A stretch of 64,000 bases of DNA from an uncultured Chitinophagaceae bacterium (GTDB taxonomy: Bacteria; Bacteroidota; Ignavibacteria; UBA10030; UBA8401). This document shows positions 1-9,879 of the stretch, piece after piece. The position numbers and the translations under genes were made by a program. Under the pieces are notes generated by a model. That model saw only the letters and a program-made list of their open reading frames with translations, searched no databases and was not told the origin of the DNA. Positions within the stretch are counted from its first letter, which is position 1. Every line of letters starts with the position of its first letter. The stretch covers positions 2,275-66,274 of the forward strand of contig CAZQSI010000005.1 in the NCBI GenBank assembly GCA_964596155.1, in the 5' to 3' direction.

Positions 1-452
1 ATCATACGATGATGCATCATATTCATCCGAATTGTCCGAGTCATGAATTGTTCAAAGGGATTTTGATGGACAATGCGCGTGCCGTATTCAATGGAAAAGT
101 GTACGTGGAACCGGAAGCGCAGAAGACCGATTCAAAACAAACGAACCGCAACTTGCTTCTGTCGGACACGGCTGTTGTTGATACGAAACCTGAACTGGAA
201 ATATTTGCCGATGATGTAAAGTGCACTCATGGTGCAACGGTCGGCGGAATGAATGAAACGCATTCGCTCTATCTTAAAACCCGCGGTATTACCGAAGAAA
301 GCGCACGGGGCATTCTGACAGTCGGATTTGCAGCGGAAGCAACGGAAAAAATTAAACATCCGGGATTGCGCCGTCATGTTGATCTGATTGTGGTTGATCA
401 TCTCAGAAAGAAATTCGGGACAGGAAATCTACCCGACATTGTTCATGCATAA
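1..452 (+). CDS. sufD: Fe-S cluster assembly protein SufD, C-terminal part (5' end outside window)
   Basis: ORF is truncated by the window edge. The segment AQKTDSKQTNRNLLLSDTAVVDTKPELEIFADDVKCTHGATVG is the conserved SufB/SufD C-terminal signature. Its position directly upstream of sufS favours SufD. Confidence 0.8.
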   Translation, partial: HTMMHHIHPNCPSHELFKGILMDNARAVFNGKVYVEPEAQKTDSKQTNRNLLLSDTAVVDTKPELEIFADDVKCTHGATVGGMNETHSLYLKTRGITEESARGILTVGFAAEATEKIKHPGLRRHVDLIVVDHLRKKFGTGNLPDIVHA

Positions 453-493
453 TACGGACCATGCGGTCAACGGCCGCATGAGATGAGAAAGTT

Positions 494-1735
494 ATGATGT
501 TGACAGAAACCGAATTAAAGTTCCCCGTTGAAGCTCTCAGAAAGGAATTTCCAATCCTTTCCACGCATGTGCACGGCAAGCCGCTCGTCTATCTGGATAA
601 TGCTGCTACCACTCAAAAACCGAACGCAGTGCTGCATGCGCAGGATCTCTATTATCGACAGCAGAATGCAAACATTCACCGCGGGGTCCATCATTTAAGC
701 GAGACAGCGACATTTGAATACGAAAAATCGCGCGGAAAAATAAAAAACTTCATCAACGCGGCAGAAAACAAAGAAATTATCTTCACAGCCGGTACAACGG
801 GGGGAATCAATCTGGTAACCGCCAGCTGGGGCCGAACGTTTCTTGAAGAAGGGGATGAAGTGCTGATCTCCGCCATGGAGCACCATTCCAACATTGTGCC
901 GTGGCAGATGATTTGCGATGAGCGGAAGGCGGTATTGCGCGTTATCCCGATGAACGACAGCGGTGAATTGTTGTTTGATGAATTTGAGAAGCTGTTAAAC
1001 AAAAAGACGAAAATTGTCTCGGTTGTTCATGTCTCAAATTCACTCGGGACGGTCAACCCAGTCAAAGAGATTATTGAACGTTCCCATCGGAACGGATCCC
1101 TCGTTTTAATCGACGGAGCGCAGGCAGTTGCGCATCACAAAGTCGATGTCCGTAACCTTGATTGTGATTTTTATGTTTTTTCCGGACACAAAATGTTCGG
1201 TCCGACCGGCGTCGGTGTCCTGTACGGAAAAGCTACGCTGCTGGAACAGATGAAGCCGTATCAGGGAGGCGGAGACATGATCCGTTCCGTAACATTCGAG
1301 AAAACGACATTCAACGATCTGCCGTACAAATTTGAAGCCGGCACGCCGAACATCGTCGGCGGTATCGGACTCGGCGCAGCCGTTGATTTCATTCAGTCAA
1401 TCGGACTCGAATCAATTGCGTCATATGAACAGGAATTACTCCTGTATGGAACTGAATTGCTTCGTTCGATCCAAGGAGTGACGTTGATTGGAACTGCTGA
1501 AAATAAAGCAGGTGTTTTATCATTTACAATGGACGCAGCGCATCCGCATGATATCGGGACGATTCTGGACAGAGAAGGTATCGCAATACGGACGGGACAT
1601 CACTGCACCCAGCCGGTGATGAAGCGTCTCGGCATTCCTGCAACCGCACGTGCATCAATCGCATGTTATAACACACGAAATGATCTGGACGCACTGAAGC
1701 GCGGAATTGAAAAAGTGAGGGAGATTTTCGGATGA
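494..1735 (+). CDS. sufS: cysteine desulfurase SufS (class V aminotransferase)
   Basis: 413 aa. Motifs are HHSNIVPW, SGHKMFGPTGVGVLYG (PLP-lysine region) and RTGHHCTQP (catalytic Cys loop). Lies in a suf operon context. Confidence 0.95.
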   Translation: MMLTETELKFPVEALRKEFPILSTHVHGKPLVYLDNAATTQKPNAVLHAQDLYYRQQNANIHRGVHHLSETATFEYEKSRGKIKNFINAAENKEIIFTAGTTGGINLVTASWGRTFLEEGDEVLISAMEHHSNIVPWQMICDERKAVLRVIPMNDSGELLFDEFEKLLNKKTKIVSVVHVSNSLGTVNPVKEIIERSHRNGSLVLIDGAQAVAHHKVDVRNLDCDFYVFSGHKMFGPTGVGVLYGKATLLEQMKPYQGGGDMIRSVTFEKTTFNDLPYKFEAGTPNIVGGIGLGAAVDFIQSIGLESIASYEQELLLYGTELLRSIQGVTLIGTAENKAGVLSFTMDAAHPHDIGTILDREGIAIRTGHHCTQPVMKRLGIPATARASIACYNTRNDLDALKRGIEKVREIFG

Positions 1736-2205
1736 GCGAGTTGAATGAACTTTATCAGCAGTTGATTCTCGAACATAATAAATCCCCGCGAAATTTCAGG
1801 CAGCCAGAAAATTATACGCATGATGCCGACGGATACAACCCTTTATGCGGCGATCATTATCACGTCTGGCTGACGTTGGACGGTGAGAAAATCTCCGACA
1901 TCGGATTTAAGGGAAGCGGCTGTGCAATTTCAAAATCTTCCGCTTCAATGATGACCTCCGCCGTGAAAGGAGCCACTATTACGGAAGCAAAGGAATTGTT
2001 CGAGAAATTTCACGATACGATCATGACGAAAATCGGCGACGAGATTCCTGAAGAAAAAATCGAGGCGCTCGGAAGTCTCGGCGCGCTGGCAGGTGTTCGG
2101 GAGTTTCCCGCAAGAATTAAATGTGCAAGTCTCGCATGGCATGCAATGCTCGCAGCCTTAACAAATGCACGGTCGGTCGTTTCAACTGAATCAGAAAAGA
2201 AATAA
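1732..2205 (+). CDS. sufU: SUF-system Fe-S scaffold/sulfur acceptor SufU (NifU/IscU-like)
   Basis: 157 aa. Motifs are PLCGDHYHVWL, GSGCAISKSSASMM and a C-terminal KCASLAW Cys ligand. Overlaps the sufS stop by 4 nt. Confidence 0.85.
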   Translation: MSELNELYQQLILEHNKSPRNFRQPENYTHDADGYNPLCGDHYHVWLTLDGEKISDIGFKGSGCAISKSSASMMTSAVKGATITEAKELFEKFHDTIMTKIGDEIPEEKIEALGSLGALAGVREFPARIKCASLAWHAMLAALTNARSVVSTESEKK

Positions 2206-2208
2206 TCT

Positions 2209-2559
2209 ATGGAAACAAATCAACAGCCGGAAGAACAGCAGATCAGCTCGCTTGAGAAAATGATCATAAAAGAACAGGTGACGGAACAGATACGCACTGT
2301 GTATGATCCGGAAATCCCCGTCAATATCTACGAACTCGGTCTCGTCTATAATATAGAAGTCAACGACCGCGGTTTGGTGGATATTACAATGACGTTGACC
2401 TCGCCGGCATGCCCCGCAGCACAATCCATTCCGGTGGAAGTAAAACAAAAATCGGAATTGGTGAAAGGGGTCACCGAAGCAAACGTCAACATCGTCTGGG
2501 AACCGCGGTGGGAAACAAGCATGATGTCTGAAGAAGCGAGATTAACACTCGGGATGTAA
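2209..2559 (+). CDS. sufT: DUF59/MIP18-family Fe-S assembly protein (SufT/PaaD-like)
   Basis: 116 aa. Motifs are [15 protein letters not shown] and TLTSPACP, typical of DUF59. Last gene of the suf block. Confidence 0.75.
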   Translation: METNQQPEEQQISSLEKMIIKEQVTEQIRTVYDPEIPVNIYELGLVYNIEVNDRGLVDITMTLTSPACPAAQSIPVEVKQKSELVKGVTEANVNIVWEPRWETSMMSEEARLTLGM

Positions 2560-2563
2560 ACTC

Positions 2564-3307
2564 ATGGAAACGAACAGAAGGACATTTTTACACTCTGTTG
2601 CTTCACTCATTGCCAGTACTGTTTCTGCGTTCGCTGTTCCCGCTCCCTTCGGCTCAAAAAAATATCTTTCATCACTCATAAAGGAGAAACCGCCCATGAC
2701 ACATGAACTCGCAAAGTTACCGTATGCCTATGATGCTCTCGAACCATACATTGATGCAAAGACGATGGAAATCCATCATGGCAAACATCACGCAGCCTAT
2801 GTGACAAATTTAAATAATGCTTTAAAAGATCATGCCGATCTTCAGACGAAAAGTGCCGTTGAATTGATTTCAAATCTTAACGGAATTCCCGAAGCAATTC
2901 GCGGAGCAGTCAGAAACAACGGCGGCGGACATGTGAATCACACGATGTTTTGGGAACAGTTGAAAAAGGATGTTTCATTTCCCGAAGCAAGTCCGTTCGG
3001 CAAGGCATTAGTCGCAGCGTTCGGTTCCCTCGATTCATTTAAAGAACAATTTGCAAAGGCCGGTCTTAGCCGATTTGGTTCCGGATGGGCATGGCTGGTT
3101 GTTGACGGCGGAAAACTTGCCATCACTTCCACGGCAAATCAGGACAATCCGATTTCTGAAGGAAAGACACCGCTGTTGGGTGTTGATGTATGGGAACATG
3201 CATATTATCTGAAGTATCAAAACCGGCGTGCTGATTATCTCGGTGCGATCTGGAGTGTTGTGAATTGGAATGATGTTGCCGCCCGGTACGATAAAGCGGT
3301 AAAATAA
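2564..3307 (+). CDS. Fe/Mn superoxide dismutase with an N-terminal twin-arginine-like signal peptide
   Basis: 247 aa. SOD signatures are [19 protein letters not shown] and [15 protein letters not shown]. The N-terminus [24 protein letters not shown] looks like a Tat signal with an AxA cleavage site. An internal ATG at 2696 has AAGGAG 9 nt upstream (see findings). Confidence 0.9.
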   Translation: METNRRTFLHSVASLIASTVSAFAVPAPFGSKKYLSSLIKEKPPMTHELAKLPYAYDALEPYIDAKTMEIHHGKHHAAYVTNLNNALKDHADLQTKSAVELISNLNGIPEAIRGAVRNNGGGHVNHTMFWEQLKKDVSFPEASPFGKALVAAFGSLDSFKEQFAKAGLSRFGSGWAWLVVDGGKLAITSTANQDNPISEGKTPLLGVDVWEHAYYLKYQNRRADYLGAIWSVVNWNDVAARYDKAVK

Positions 3308-3351
3308 TCGCATCACGATAATTCTCATCATGATCATTCTGCGCAGCACGA

Positions 3352-3384
3352 CATCCCCTGCTGGTATGGCAGGGGATGCTGTTT
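3352..3384 (+). terminator. hairpin downstream of sod (possible intrinsic terminator)
   Basis: CATCCCCTGC, a 6-nt loop, then GCAGGGGATG: a perfect 10-bp stem followed by CTGTTTCG. The T tract is weak. Confidence 0.45.
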
Positions 3385-3426
3385 CGCCAATTCCGGAACA
3401 ATCAATTCGGCGCTGACTGCAGCGCT

Positions 3427-4074
3427 ATGCATATGTCTCATTCCGACACACCGACGGAAATATTGCCCCTCTTCCCGCTGAATGTCGTTCTCTTTCCGCA
3501 TTCACAGCTTCACCTTCATATTTTTGAAGATCGGTATAAAACTTTGATCAGCGAATGTATTTCGTACGACACGGTCTTCGGCATCACTCTCGTTCATGAT
3601 CAGGAAATCCGGACGATCGGATGCACTGCATCGGTTGCAGAAATTGTGAAACGATACGATGACGGCAGGATGGATATTGTGGTGGAAGGACGCCGAAGAT
3701 TTCATCTTCACAATTTCGTGGAAGCACCGCATCCGTACTATTCGGGACGAATATCATGGTATGATGATGTTACCGAGAATGAGGATGAACGACTCAGAAA
3801 TCGAGCCGTGGAATTGTATAACGAATTTGTTAAAACGGTGTTTTCCGGCATCGTCAGCACCGTTTCGCAGAACGATGTGAGAAAATCTAGGTCTTTCCAT
3901 CTTGTCCAAAAGTCGGGAATGGAACTGCTGCAACGTCAGGCATTTCTGGCGATGAATTCGGAAACTATGAGGCTGGAATTGCTTGTCCGGCATTTTGAGT
4001 CGCTGCTTCCTCTGTTAGTGTCCAAACGGACGGTCGAAGAGCTTGCAAAGAATGACGGATACATACAAACGTGA
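3427..4074 (+). CDS. LON substrate-binding (Lon N-terminal) domain protein
   Basis: LPLFPLNVVLFPHSQLHLHIFEDRYK is the hallmark Lon N-domain start. ATG 3427 was chosen over the track start at 3376 because 3376 sits inside the sod hairpin. Start is uncertain (3427 or 3433). Confidence 0.7.
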   Translation: MHMSHSDTPTEILPLFPLNVVLFPHSQLHLHIFEDRYKTLISECISYDTVFGITLVHDQEIRTIGCTASVAEIVKRYDDGRMDIVVEGRRRFHLHNFVEAPHPYYSGRISWYDDVTENEDERLRNRAVELYNEFVKTVFSGIVSTVSQNDVRKSRSFHLVQKSGMELLQRQAFLAMNSETMRLELLVRHFESLLPLLVSKRTVEELAKNDGYIQT

Positions 4075-4134
4075 CAGGTGCGGGCGAATAATCTTGTTGC
4101 ATTCCTGTTTTCCCTTTGTTAAGTTAGATGCGCA

Positions 4135-4332
4135 ATGAAGAACGAACCGGTTCATATCAGGAAGATTCCTTCGCTCCTGTCATTTGACATTGACGAATTG
4201 GATACCTCCGAAGGAACTCCGGATCAACACTTCTGGAATTATTGCGTGAATTGCGGAACGAAGCTGGACAGCCGAAAATGCAAACTGTTTTGTCCGAAAT
4301 GCGGATTTTACCATAATTGCAGTGAACCATAA
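4135..4332 (+). CDS. small zinc-ribbon protein (hypothetical)
   Basis: 65 aa. Two CxxC pairs (CVNC ... CPKC) plus extra Cys residues. I recognise no family. Confidence 0.5.
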   Translation: MKNEPVHIRKIPSLLSFDIDELDTSEGTPDQHFWNYCVNCGTKLDSRKCKLFCPKCGFYHNCSEP

Positions 4333-4353
4333 TCAAATCATAGAGGAGTTGTT

Positions 4354-4455
4354 GTGAATAAAAAAGGTTATCGTGTTACAAGGAAACACAGAAAGAAACG
4401 TGTGAAGATGAAAGAAAAGGCAAAAGCATTGCGAGCAAACAAAAAGCCGCAGTAA
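4354..4455 (+). CDS. unannotated 33-aa highly basic peptide (VNKKGYRVTRKHRKKRVKMKEKAKALRANKKPQ)
   Basis: GTG start lies 6 nt after AGGAG (4343-4347), with an in-frame stop at 4330-4332. About 45 percent Lys/Arg. A strong terminator follows immediately. It is below the 60-aa cutoff of the ORF track. Confidence 0.5.
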   Translation: MNKKGYRVTRKHRKKRVKMKEKAKALRANKKPQ

Positions 4456-4463
4456 CTGAAAAA

Positions 4464-4487
4464 CCCGCACTGATTGCGGGTTTTTTT
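4464..4487 (+). terminator. rho-independent terminator
   Basis: CCCGCA, loop CTGAT, TGCGGG, then T7. Confidence 0.8.
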
Positions 4488-4500
4488 ATAATAAGAGGAA

Positions 4501-5964
4501 TTGCTTTTACGGAATGCGGTTCCTATATTTTCACACAATTTTTTGAATCAGATTTTAAACAGGATGTATTTCATGGACAACGTTATCTCATATATTGAAT
4601 CTAACAAAGAGCGGTATCTTTCAGAACTTAAAACCTTTCTTGCCATTCCCAGTGTCAGTTCCCAATCGAACCATGACGGAGATATGCAGGTGTGTGCACA
4701 ATGGGTTGCCGAGCATATGAAATCGATCGGCATGAACAACATCTCCATTATGCCGACCGGAGGCCACCCTGTAGTCTACAGCGAGTGGCTCGATGCTCCG
4801 GGAGCACCGACGGTATTATTGTACGGACATTATGATGTTCAGCCGGTCGATCCGCTGAATCTCTGGACGTCGCCTCCGTTTGATATGACCATCCGCGGCG
4901 AAAATATTTACGCGCGCGGTTCCGCTGATGATAAAGGACAGGTGTTCATTCACTTTAAAGGAATTGAAGCGCTGATGAAGCATCACGGCGCACTTCCGGT
5001 GAATGTAAAGATGATAATCGAAGGAGAAGAGGAAATCGGCAGCCGCAATCTGGAAGATTTTGTGAAGAAGAATAAGGAACTGTTGAAAGCGGATCTTGTC
5101 TTGATTTCGGATTCATCCATGTATGCAAAAGGTGTTCCTTCCATTGCATATGGTTTGAGAGGTCTTTCATATCTGGAAGTAGAAGTAACAGGACCGAACC
5201 GCGACCTGCATTCAGGTACGTTCGGAGGTGCAGTGCACAATCCGGCACAGGCGCTTGCGGAGATTATTACATCGCTTCATGATAAAAAGAACAGGGTGAA
5301 TATTCCCGGATTTTATGCTGATGTGCGTCCATTAACAAAAGTGGAACGGGCGGCATATAAAAAATTGCCTCACAGCGATAAGGCCTATGCAAAAGATTTG
5401 GGGGTTCAAAAACTGTGGGGTGAGGAAGGGTTTACCACTCTTGAGCGAACATGGGCGCGGCCGACGTTGGAGGTGAATGGTATCTGGGGCGGATATATCG
5501 GCGAAGGAGCGAAAACGGTGTTGCCGTCCAAAGCATCTGCTAAGATTTCATGCCGGCTTGTTCCGGATCAGTCCTCGGCAAAGATTTCAAAACTTGTTGT
5601 TCAGCACATCAAAAAGATTGCGCCAAAATCGGTGTCGGTAAAAGTGCAGATGCATCATGGCGGGGAGGCAGCCATCACGCCGATAGATTCTCCGGGTGTT
5701 CAGGCTGCAGTAGCTGCCCTGGAAAAGGGATTCGGGAAAAAGCCGTTGTATCAGCGGGAAGGGGGATCGATTCCGATTGTTGTTCAATTTAAGAAACTGC
5801 TCGGACTGGATACCGTTCTGCTCGGTTTCGGCTTGCCGGATGAAAATGCACATTCACCTGACGAACATTTAAATATTGATAATTTTTACGGAGGTATTCG
5901 AACCTCAGTCCATTTTTTCCATGAGCTGCCGGCATATTGGAACTCTCGCCGGAAGAAAAAATAA
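4501..5964 (+). CDS. M20-family dipeptidase/metallopeptidase
   Basis: Motifs are LLYGHYDVQP, ARGSADDKG and IEGEEEIGS, typical of the M20/ArgE/DapE/CPG2 family. The start could be TTG 4501 or ATG 4573. Confidence 0.85.
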   Translation: MLLRNAVPIFSHNFLNQILNRMYFMDNVISYIESNKERYLSELKTFLAIPSVSSQSNHDGDMQVCAQWVAEHMKSIGMNNISIMPTGGHPVVYSEWLDAPGAPTVLLYGHYDVQPVDPLNLWTSPPFDMTIRGENIYARGSADDKGQVFIHFKGIEALMKHHGALPVNVKMIIEGEEEIGSRNLEDFVKKNKELLKADLVLISDSSMYAKGVPSIAYGLRGLSYLEVEVTGPNRDLHSGTFGGAVHNPAQALAEIITSLHDKKNRVNIPGFYADVRPLTKVERAAYKKLPHSDKAYAKDLGVQKLWGEEGFTTLERTWARPTLEVNGIWGGYIGEGAKTVLPSKASAKISCRLVPDQSSAKISKLVVQHIKKIAPKSVSVKVQMHHGGEAAITPIDSPGVQAAVAALEKGFGKKPLYQREGGSIPIVVQFKKLLGLDTVLLGFGLPDENAHSPDEHLNIDNFYGGIRTSVHFFHELPAYWNSRRKKK

Positions 5965-5970
5965 TCGAAA

Positions 5971-5998
5971 GGCAATGCGAAAGCATTGCCTTTTTTTT
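5971..5998 (+). terminator. rho-independent terminator
   Basis: GGCAATGC, loop GAAA, GCATTGCC, then T8. Confidence 0.85.
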
Positions 5999-6107
5999 GT
6001 AACAATGTTGAGCTACATCTGTCTGCCGTTTTTCGATGTAAGGAAGACAGCGTTGCTGCTGTTCATAATCCACTACATTCATCCACAATAAACCACACGA
6101 GGTTTAT

Positions 6108-9044
6108 ATGAAATTTGCGATTCGTTTTTTGCTGCTGACCGGCATGCTATCGGCAGCAATGTTCGCACAATCCACAATCCGCGGAAAGGTAAGCGATGCA
6201 GCGACGCGTCAGCCGATTCCTTCCGTGAATATCTCCGTTGTCGGAACGACAATGGGAACTGTCACAGACGAAAACGGGGAATATTCGTTGAGTGTTCAGG
6301 CAGGTTCGTATACAGTTAAAGCGTCGGCATTGGGATATACGGCGCGTCAACGTCAGGTTACGGTTTCGGGCGGGACGGCAACCGTCGATTTTTCTTTATC
6401 GGAAAGTGCTATTCAGGTGGGCGAGGTTCTTGTTGAGGTGAACCGTGCGAGAGAACGAGAAACTCCGGTTGCATTCACCGATATTACCAAAGAACAAATT
6501 GAAGAAAAAATTTACGGACAAGATGCGCCGTTGCTGTTGAAGGGGACTCCCGGATTATATGCGTTTTCGACTGACGGTGTCGGTAACGGAGAAGCGAAAT
6601 TATTCGTCCGTGGGTTTAACCAGAATTATGTGCAGGTTCTGATAAACGGTATCCCGACGAATGATCCGGAATCCAATTCGGTGTATTGGTCCAACTGGGG
6701 ATCTGTATCGTCCGCTGCTTCATCGGTACAGGTTCAGCGAGGCGCAGGTTCTTCCTTATACGGTGCAGGATCATTCGGAGGTTCTTTCAACATCGTCACG
6801 GGAGAAGCGAAACCTCGTTCTGCGTACGGAGCGAATTTCTCGTTAGGCGATCCGGTGAATACAATGTACGGCGTTGATCTTAATACAGGATTGATCGACG
6901 ACTTGTACGCATTGTCATTCCGGTTCGACAGAAAAGTCGGAGAGGGCAACCGGCTTGGAGCCCGGTATGAAGGATACAATTATTACTTCTCCGGTTCGCT
7001 CTTCTTGAATGAACAGCAATCAGTGAAAGTAGTACTGCACGGTGCACCGCAGGAACATGGATATTCATTCTCAAACGACATCTCTTATTTCAAATACTTT
7101 AATTTCAAAGCCAATTCCGCACCGTGGCTTCCTGTTTCGGCGATCAACGGCCTGCCTGCAAATGCAACGGACGGGAAACCCAACTACGGCTTAAAAGACG
7201 GACGGCGGGAACTGGTGACGGATGAATATTCCACGCTTGCTCATAACCATTTCCACAAACCGCAGGCGGAAGTGCATTACAACCATGAATTTGACAAACA
7301 AACTGCATTGAGAGCAACATTCTTCTATTCAATGGGTAGAGGCGGAGGATCAAGTTTGAACAGCAGCGGAAGCTTCACTGCGTCGTCATCAAATCTCACA
7401 GCATCGAATCATCGCTTCAATCTTCTCGCATCGGACGGATCGGTTGCCAATCCTGCGGTTGCCGATACGTTTTATTTGAAAAATGCATATCAGCGTGACA
7501 GTTATTCCCTACATCAGCAATGGGGTCTGTTGTCTAATTATGAATTTCGTCCGGTCGAAAATCTGACGATGACAACCGGTATTGAATTCCGGTCATGGAC
7601 CGCCGACCATCCGGGTCATTTCGTTAACTTATATGGGAAAACGAATATCAATGCTCAATCGTACGGATTTGTTGACAGCACCGGCGGAACTGCAGCAGCC
7701 AGTGCTTCATTTACCAGACGGAATTATCAGGGAGACTTATCTCAGGAAAGCGACGTTGCCATTTTCGGATGGAATCTTTCCAGCACGGATCCGACGTATC
7801 GGACGCAATACAGAAATTATCTTGGAGAAACTCCGCAATATACATTATTCTTGAACGCAACGTATAATGTCCTGTATAATCTCTCCGTTACAGGAACATT
7901 ACAATATGTTTGGTATAAATATACGCTGAAAGAAAATATGCCGAGCGAAAATGCGATCGGCAAACGATTGACGGCAGCGGAAAAAGCCGCGCGGGGACTC
8001 GGCCAGGATGCTTCTAAAGAAGGTCCGACCGGAAACGGTAAATTCCTGATGGCTCAGTATCAAACGTCAACAAGTTCAACAATTACCAATTGGTATGAAT
8101 TCGATCTGATCAACGCAGAACGTTCGAGAGGATTCATTCAGCCGAAGTTCGGTGCGAATTATAATCTGAATGACAACATCAACCTGTTCGGAAACTATTC
8201 TCATGTTGAACGGTTTGTCGATCTCGGCGTCTATTATAATCAGGGACGTTTGAATCCTGATGCGAAAGACGAAACATCCAATCAATACGAAATCGGTGTC
8301 GGTTGGTCGTCCGATGAGTTCATTGCAAAATTAAATGCGTATTCGATGACGTGGGAAAACAAATCAGCCCGCATCAACGATCAAAGTCAGGCCGGTCAGC
8401 CGGGCTATGATCGAAACGGCAACAAGACCATCCTTGTCGGAACTGCCGATTATCAAGGAATTGAATTCGAATTTAGTTCAAAACTCGGAAATATTATTGA
8501 TCTTCTGACCGGATTTGAATTGCGCGGATCTGCGACACTTTCTTCCAATAAATGGACTTCCGTTCTCAGCGAAGCGAAAGTGTTGGGTGGAAAACGTGCT
8601 GTCTTTAATGCAAGCGCCCGAGGTGCGGCAGGATCGACGGATACATTATTCGTGGATGAATTGACAAACACCCATGTCGGGGGACCGCCGCAAACGATGG
8701 CATCGCTCGGATTTACTTATCGGTGGAGCGATTTCTTCGTAGGAATGGATATGGGATATTTCGACGATCATTATGGACTTGACGGAGACACCTATGTCCG
8801 CGTCGACGGTGAATGGAATGCAAATAAAACTGCATTTACCTACGTTCTTGATCAGAAACTTCCTTCCAGAACCGTCTTTGATGCTCAGGCCGGTTATAAG
8901 TTTGCATTCGCAGGAGTCAAAGGGATGCTTTCTGCTCAGATTCTGAATCTGTTCGACAAAGAATATCTTGCTGATGTCGACAATTTCGGAGTGATTCCCG
9001 GCGGTTCTCGGTCATATCGCTTGAATGTAGGAATTGGTCTGTAA
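6108..9044 (+). CDS. TonB-dependent outer-membrane receptor with N-terminal CarboxypepD_reg domain
   Basis: 978 aa. Has a signal peptide, a CarboxypepD_reg-like segment (IRGKVSDAATRQPIPSVNISVVGT ... ENGEYSL), plug motifs (LLKGTPGL, VLINGIPTND) and a C-terminal beta-barrel ending in an aromatic-rich strand. Confidence 0.9.
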   Translation: MKFAIRFLLLTGMLSAAMFAQSTIRGKVSDAATRQPIPSVNISVVGTTMGTVTDENGEYSLSVQAGSYTVKASALGYTARQRQVTVSGGTATVDFSLSESAIQVGEVLVEVNRARERETPVAFTDITKEQIEEKIYGQDAPLLLKGTPGLYAFSTDGVGNGEAKLFVRGFNQNYVQVLINGIPTNDPESNSVYWSNWGSVSSAASSVQVQRGAGSSLYGAGSFGGSFNIVTGEAKPRSAYGANFSLGDPVNTMYGVDLNTGLIDDLYALSFRFDRKVGEGNRLGARYEGYNYYFSGSLFLNEQQSVKVVLHGAPQEHGYSFSNDISYFKYFNFKANSAPWLPVSAINGLPANATDGKPNYGLKDGRRELVTDEYSTLAHNHFHKPQAEVHYNHEFDKQTALRATFFYSMGRGGGSSLNSSGSFTASSSNLTASNHRFNLLASDGSVANPAVADTFYLKNAYQRDSYSLHQQWGLLSNYEFRPVENLTMTTGIEFRSWTADHPGHFVNLYGKTNINAQSYGFVDSTGGTAAASASFTRRNYQGDLSQESDVAIFGWNLSSTDPTYRTQYRNYLGETPQYTLFLNATYNVLYNLSVTGTLQYVWYKYTLKENMPSENAIGKRLTAAEKAARGLGQDASKEGPTGNGKFLMAQYQTSTSSTITNWYEFDLINAERSRGFIQPKFGANYNLNDNINLFGNYSHVERFVDLGVYYNQGRLNPDAKDETSNQYEIGVGWSSDEFIAKLNAYSMTWENKSARINDQSQAGQPGYDRNGNKTILVGTADYQGIEFEFSSKLGNIIDLLTGFELRGSATLSSNKWTSVLSEAKVLGGKRAVFNASARGAAGSTDTLFVDELTNTHVGGPPQTMASLGFTYRWSDFFVGMDMGYFDDHYGLDGDTYVRVDGEWNANKTAFTYVLDQKLPSRTVFDAQAGYKFAFAGVKGMLSAQILNLFDKEYLADVDNFGVIPGGSRSYRLNVGIGL

Positions 9045-9074
9045 AGAAACGAAGTCATCAGACTTTAATAAAAA

Positions 9075-9096
9075 CCCCGCGAATGCGGGGTTTTTT
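9075..9096 (+). terminator. rho-independent terminator
   Basis: CCCCGC, loop GAAT, GCGGGG, then T6. Confidence 0.85.
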
Positions 9097-9178
9097 ATTT
9101 TTGGATATGGCGTAAAGATATGGTAATTTTACTCGATGAAATGTTGAATCGCAGTTTTTGTATCTGTCCGAAAACAAT

Positions 9179-9736
9179 ATGAAAATTTATACCAAAACAG
9201 GAGATGAAGGGGAGACGGCACTTTTCGGCGGTGAACGCGTTCCGAAAAACGCGCTCCGCATCGAAGCCTATGGCTCTGTTGACGAGTTAAATTCCCTGTT
9301 AGGAATCATCAGATCGTTGAATCATCATAAAGCACTGGAATCCATTCTCAACAATCTTCAGAATCAACTTTTCGAAGTTGGTGCAGATTTAGCAACTCCT
9401 GCAGGTCACCGTACGACGTATATTCCCCGGATAAAAAAATCCCATGCATCGGCATTAGAGAGGATCATTGATAGACTTGAATCCAATCTGCAGCCGCTGA
9501 AATCATTTATCTTGCCCGGAGGATCGCCAGTTGCTTCGCACCTTCACTTTGCTCGAACGGTCTGCAGAAGGGCGGAGCGGAATGTTGTGCGGCTTTCCCG
9601 GGAGGAGCAGACGGGTAATGCGGTGATCGTCTATTTAAATAGACTTTCTGACCTCCTCTTCGTTATGGCGCGTTATGCAAACGTTCTTGAGAACCGCGAA
9701 GAAAAGAAGTGGGTCAGCGGAAAGCGAAAGGTTTGA
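9179..9736 (+). CDS. PduO-type ATP:cob(I)alamin adenosyltransferase
   Basis: MKIYTKTGDEGETALFGGERVPKN and YGSVDELNS are typical of the PduO/MMAB family. ATG 9179 is preferred over the TTG at 9158. Confidence 0.85.
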   Translation: MKIYTKTGDEGETALFGGERVPKNALRIEAYGSVDELNSLLGIIRSLNHHKALESILNNLQNQLFEVGADLATPAGHRTTYIPRIKKSHASALERIIDRLESNLQPLKSFILPGGSPVASHLHFARTVCRRAERNVVRLSREEQTGNAVIVYLNRLSDLLFVMARYANVLENREEKKWVSGKRKV

Positions 9737-9879
9737 TCTGATGGTGTTTGATAAACCGCATTCCGGAGAGGAAGACACTGTCGGGAAAAACTCCCCGGCC
9801 GAATAGAAAGACTATTTTTATCACCCGCCAAAATTTAGTATATTAGACAAATTTGTTCAGTATTTAACGAAGGAATACA

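Noticed and set aside
5965-6107. Possible cobalamin riboswitch upstream of the TonB-dependent receptor, which is followed by a cob(I)alamin adenosyltransferase
   Set aside because: Only about 110 nt remain after the terminator, which is too short. No B12-box-like sequence is visible. A receptor/adenosyltransferase link is therefore unsupported.
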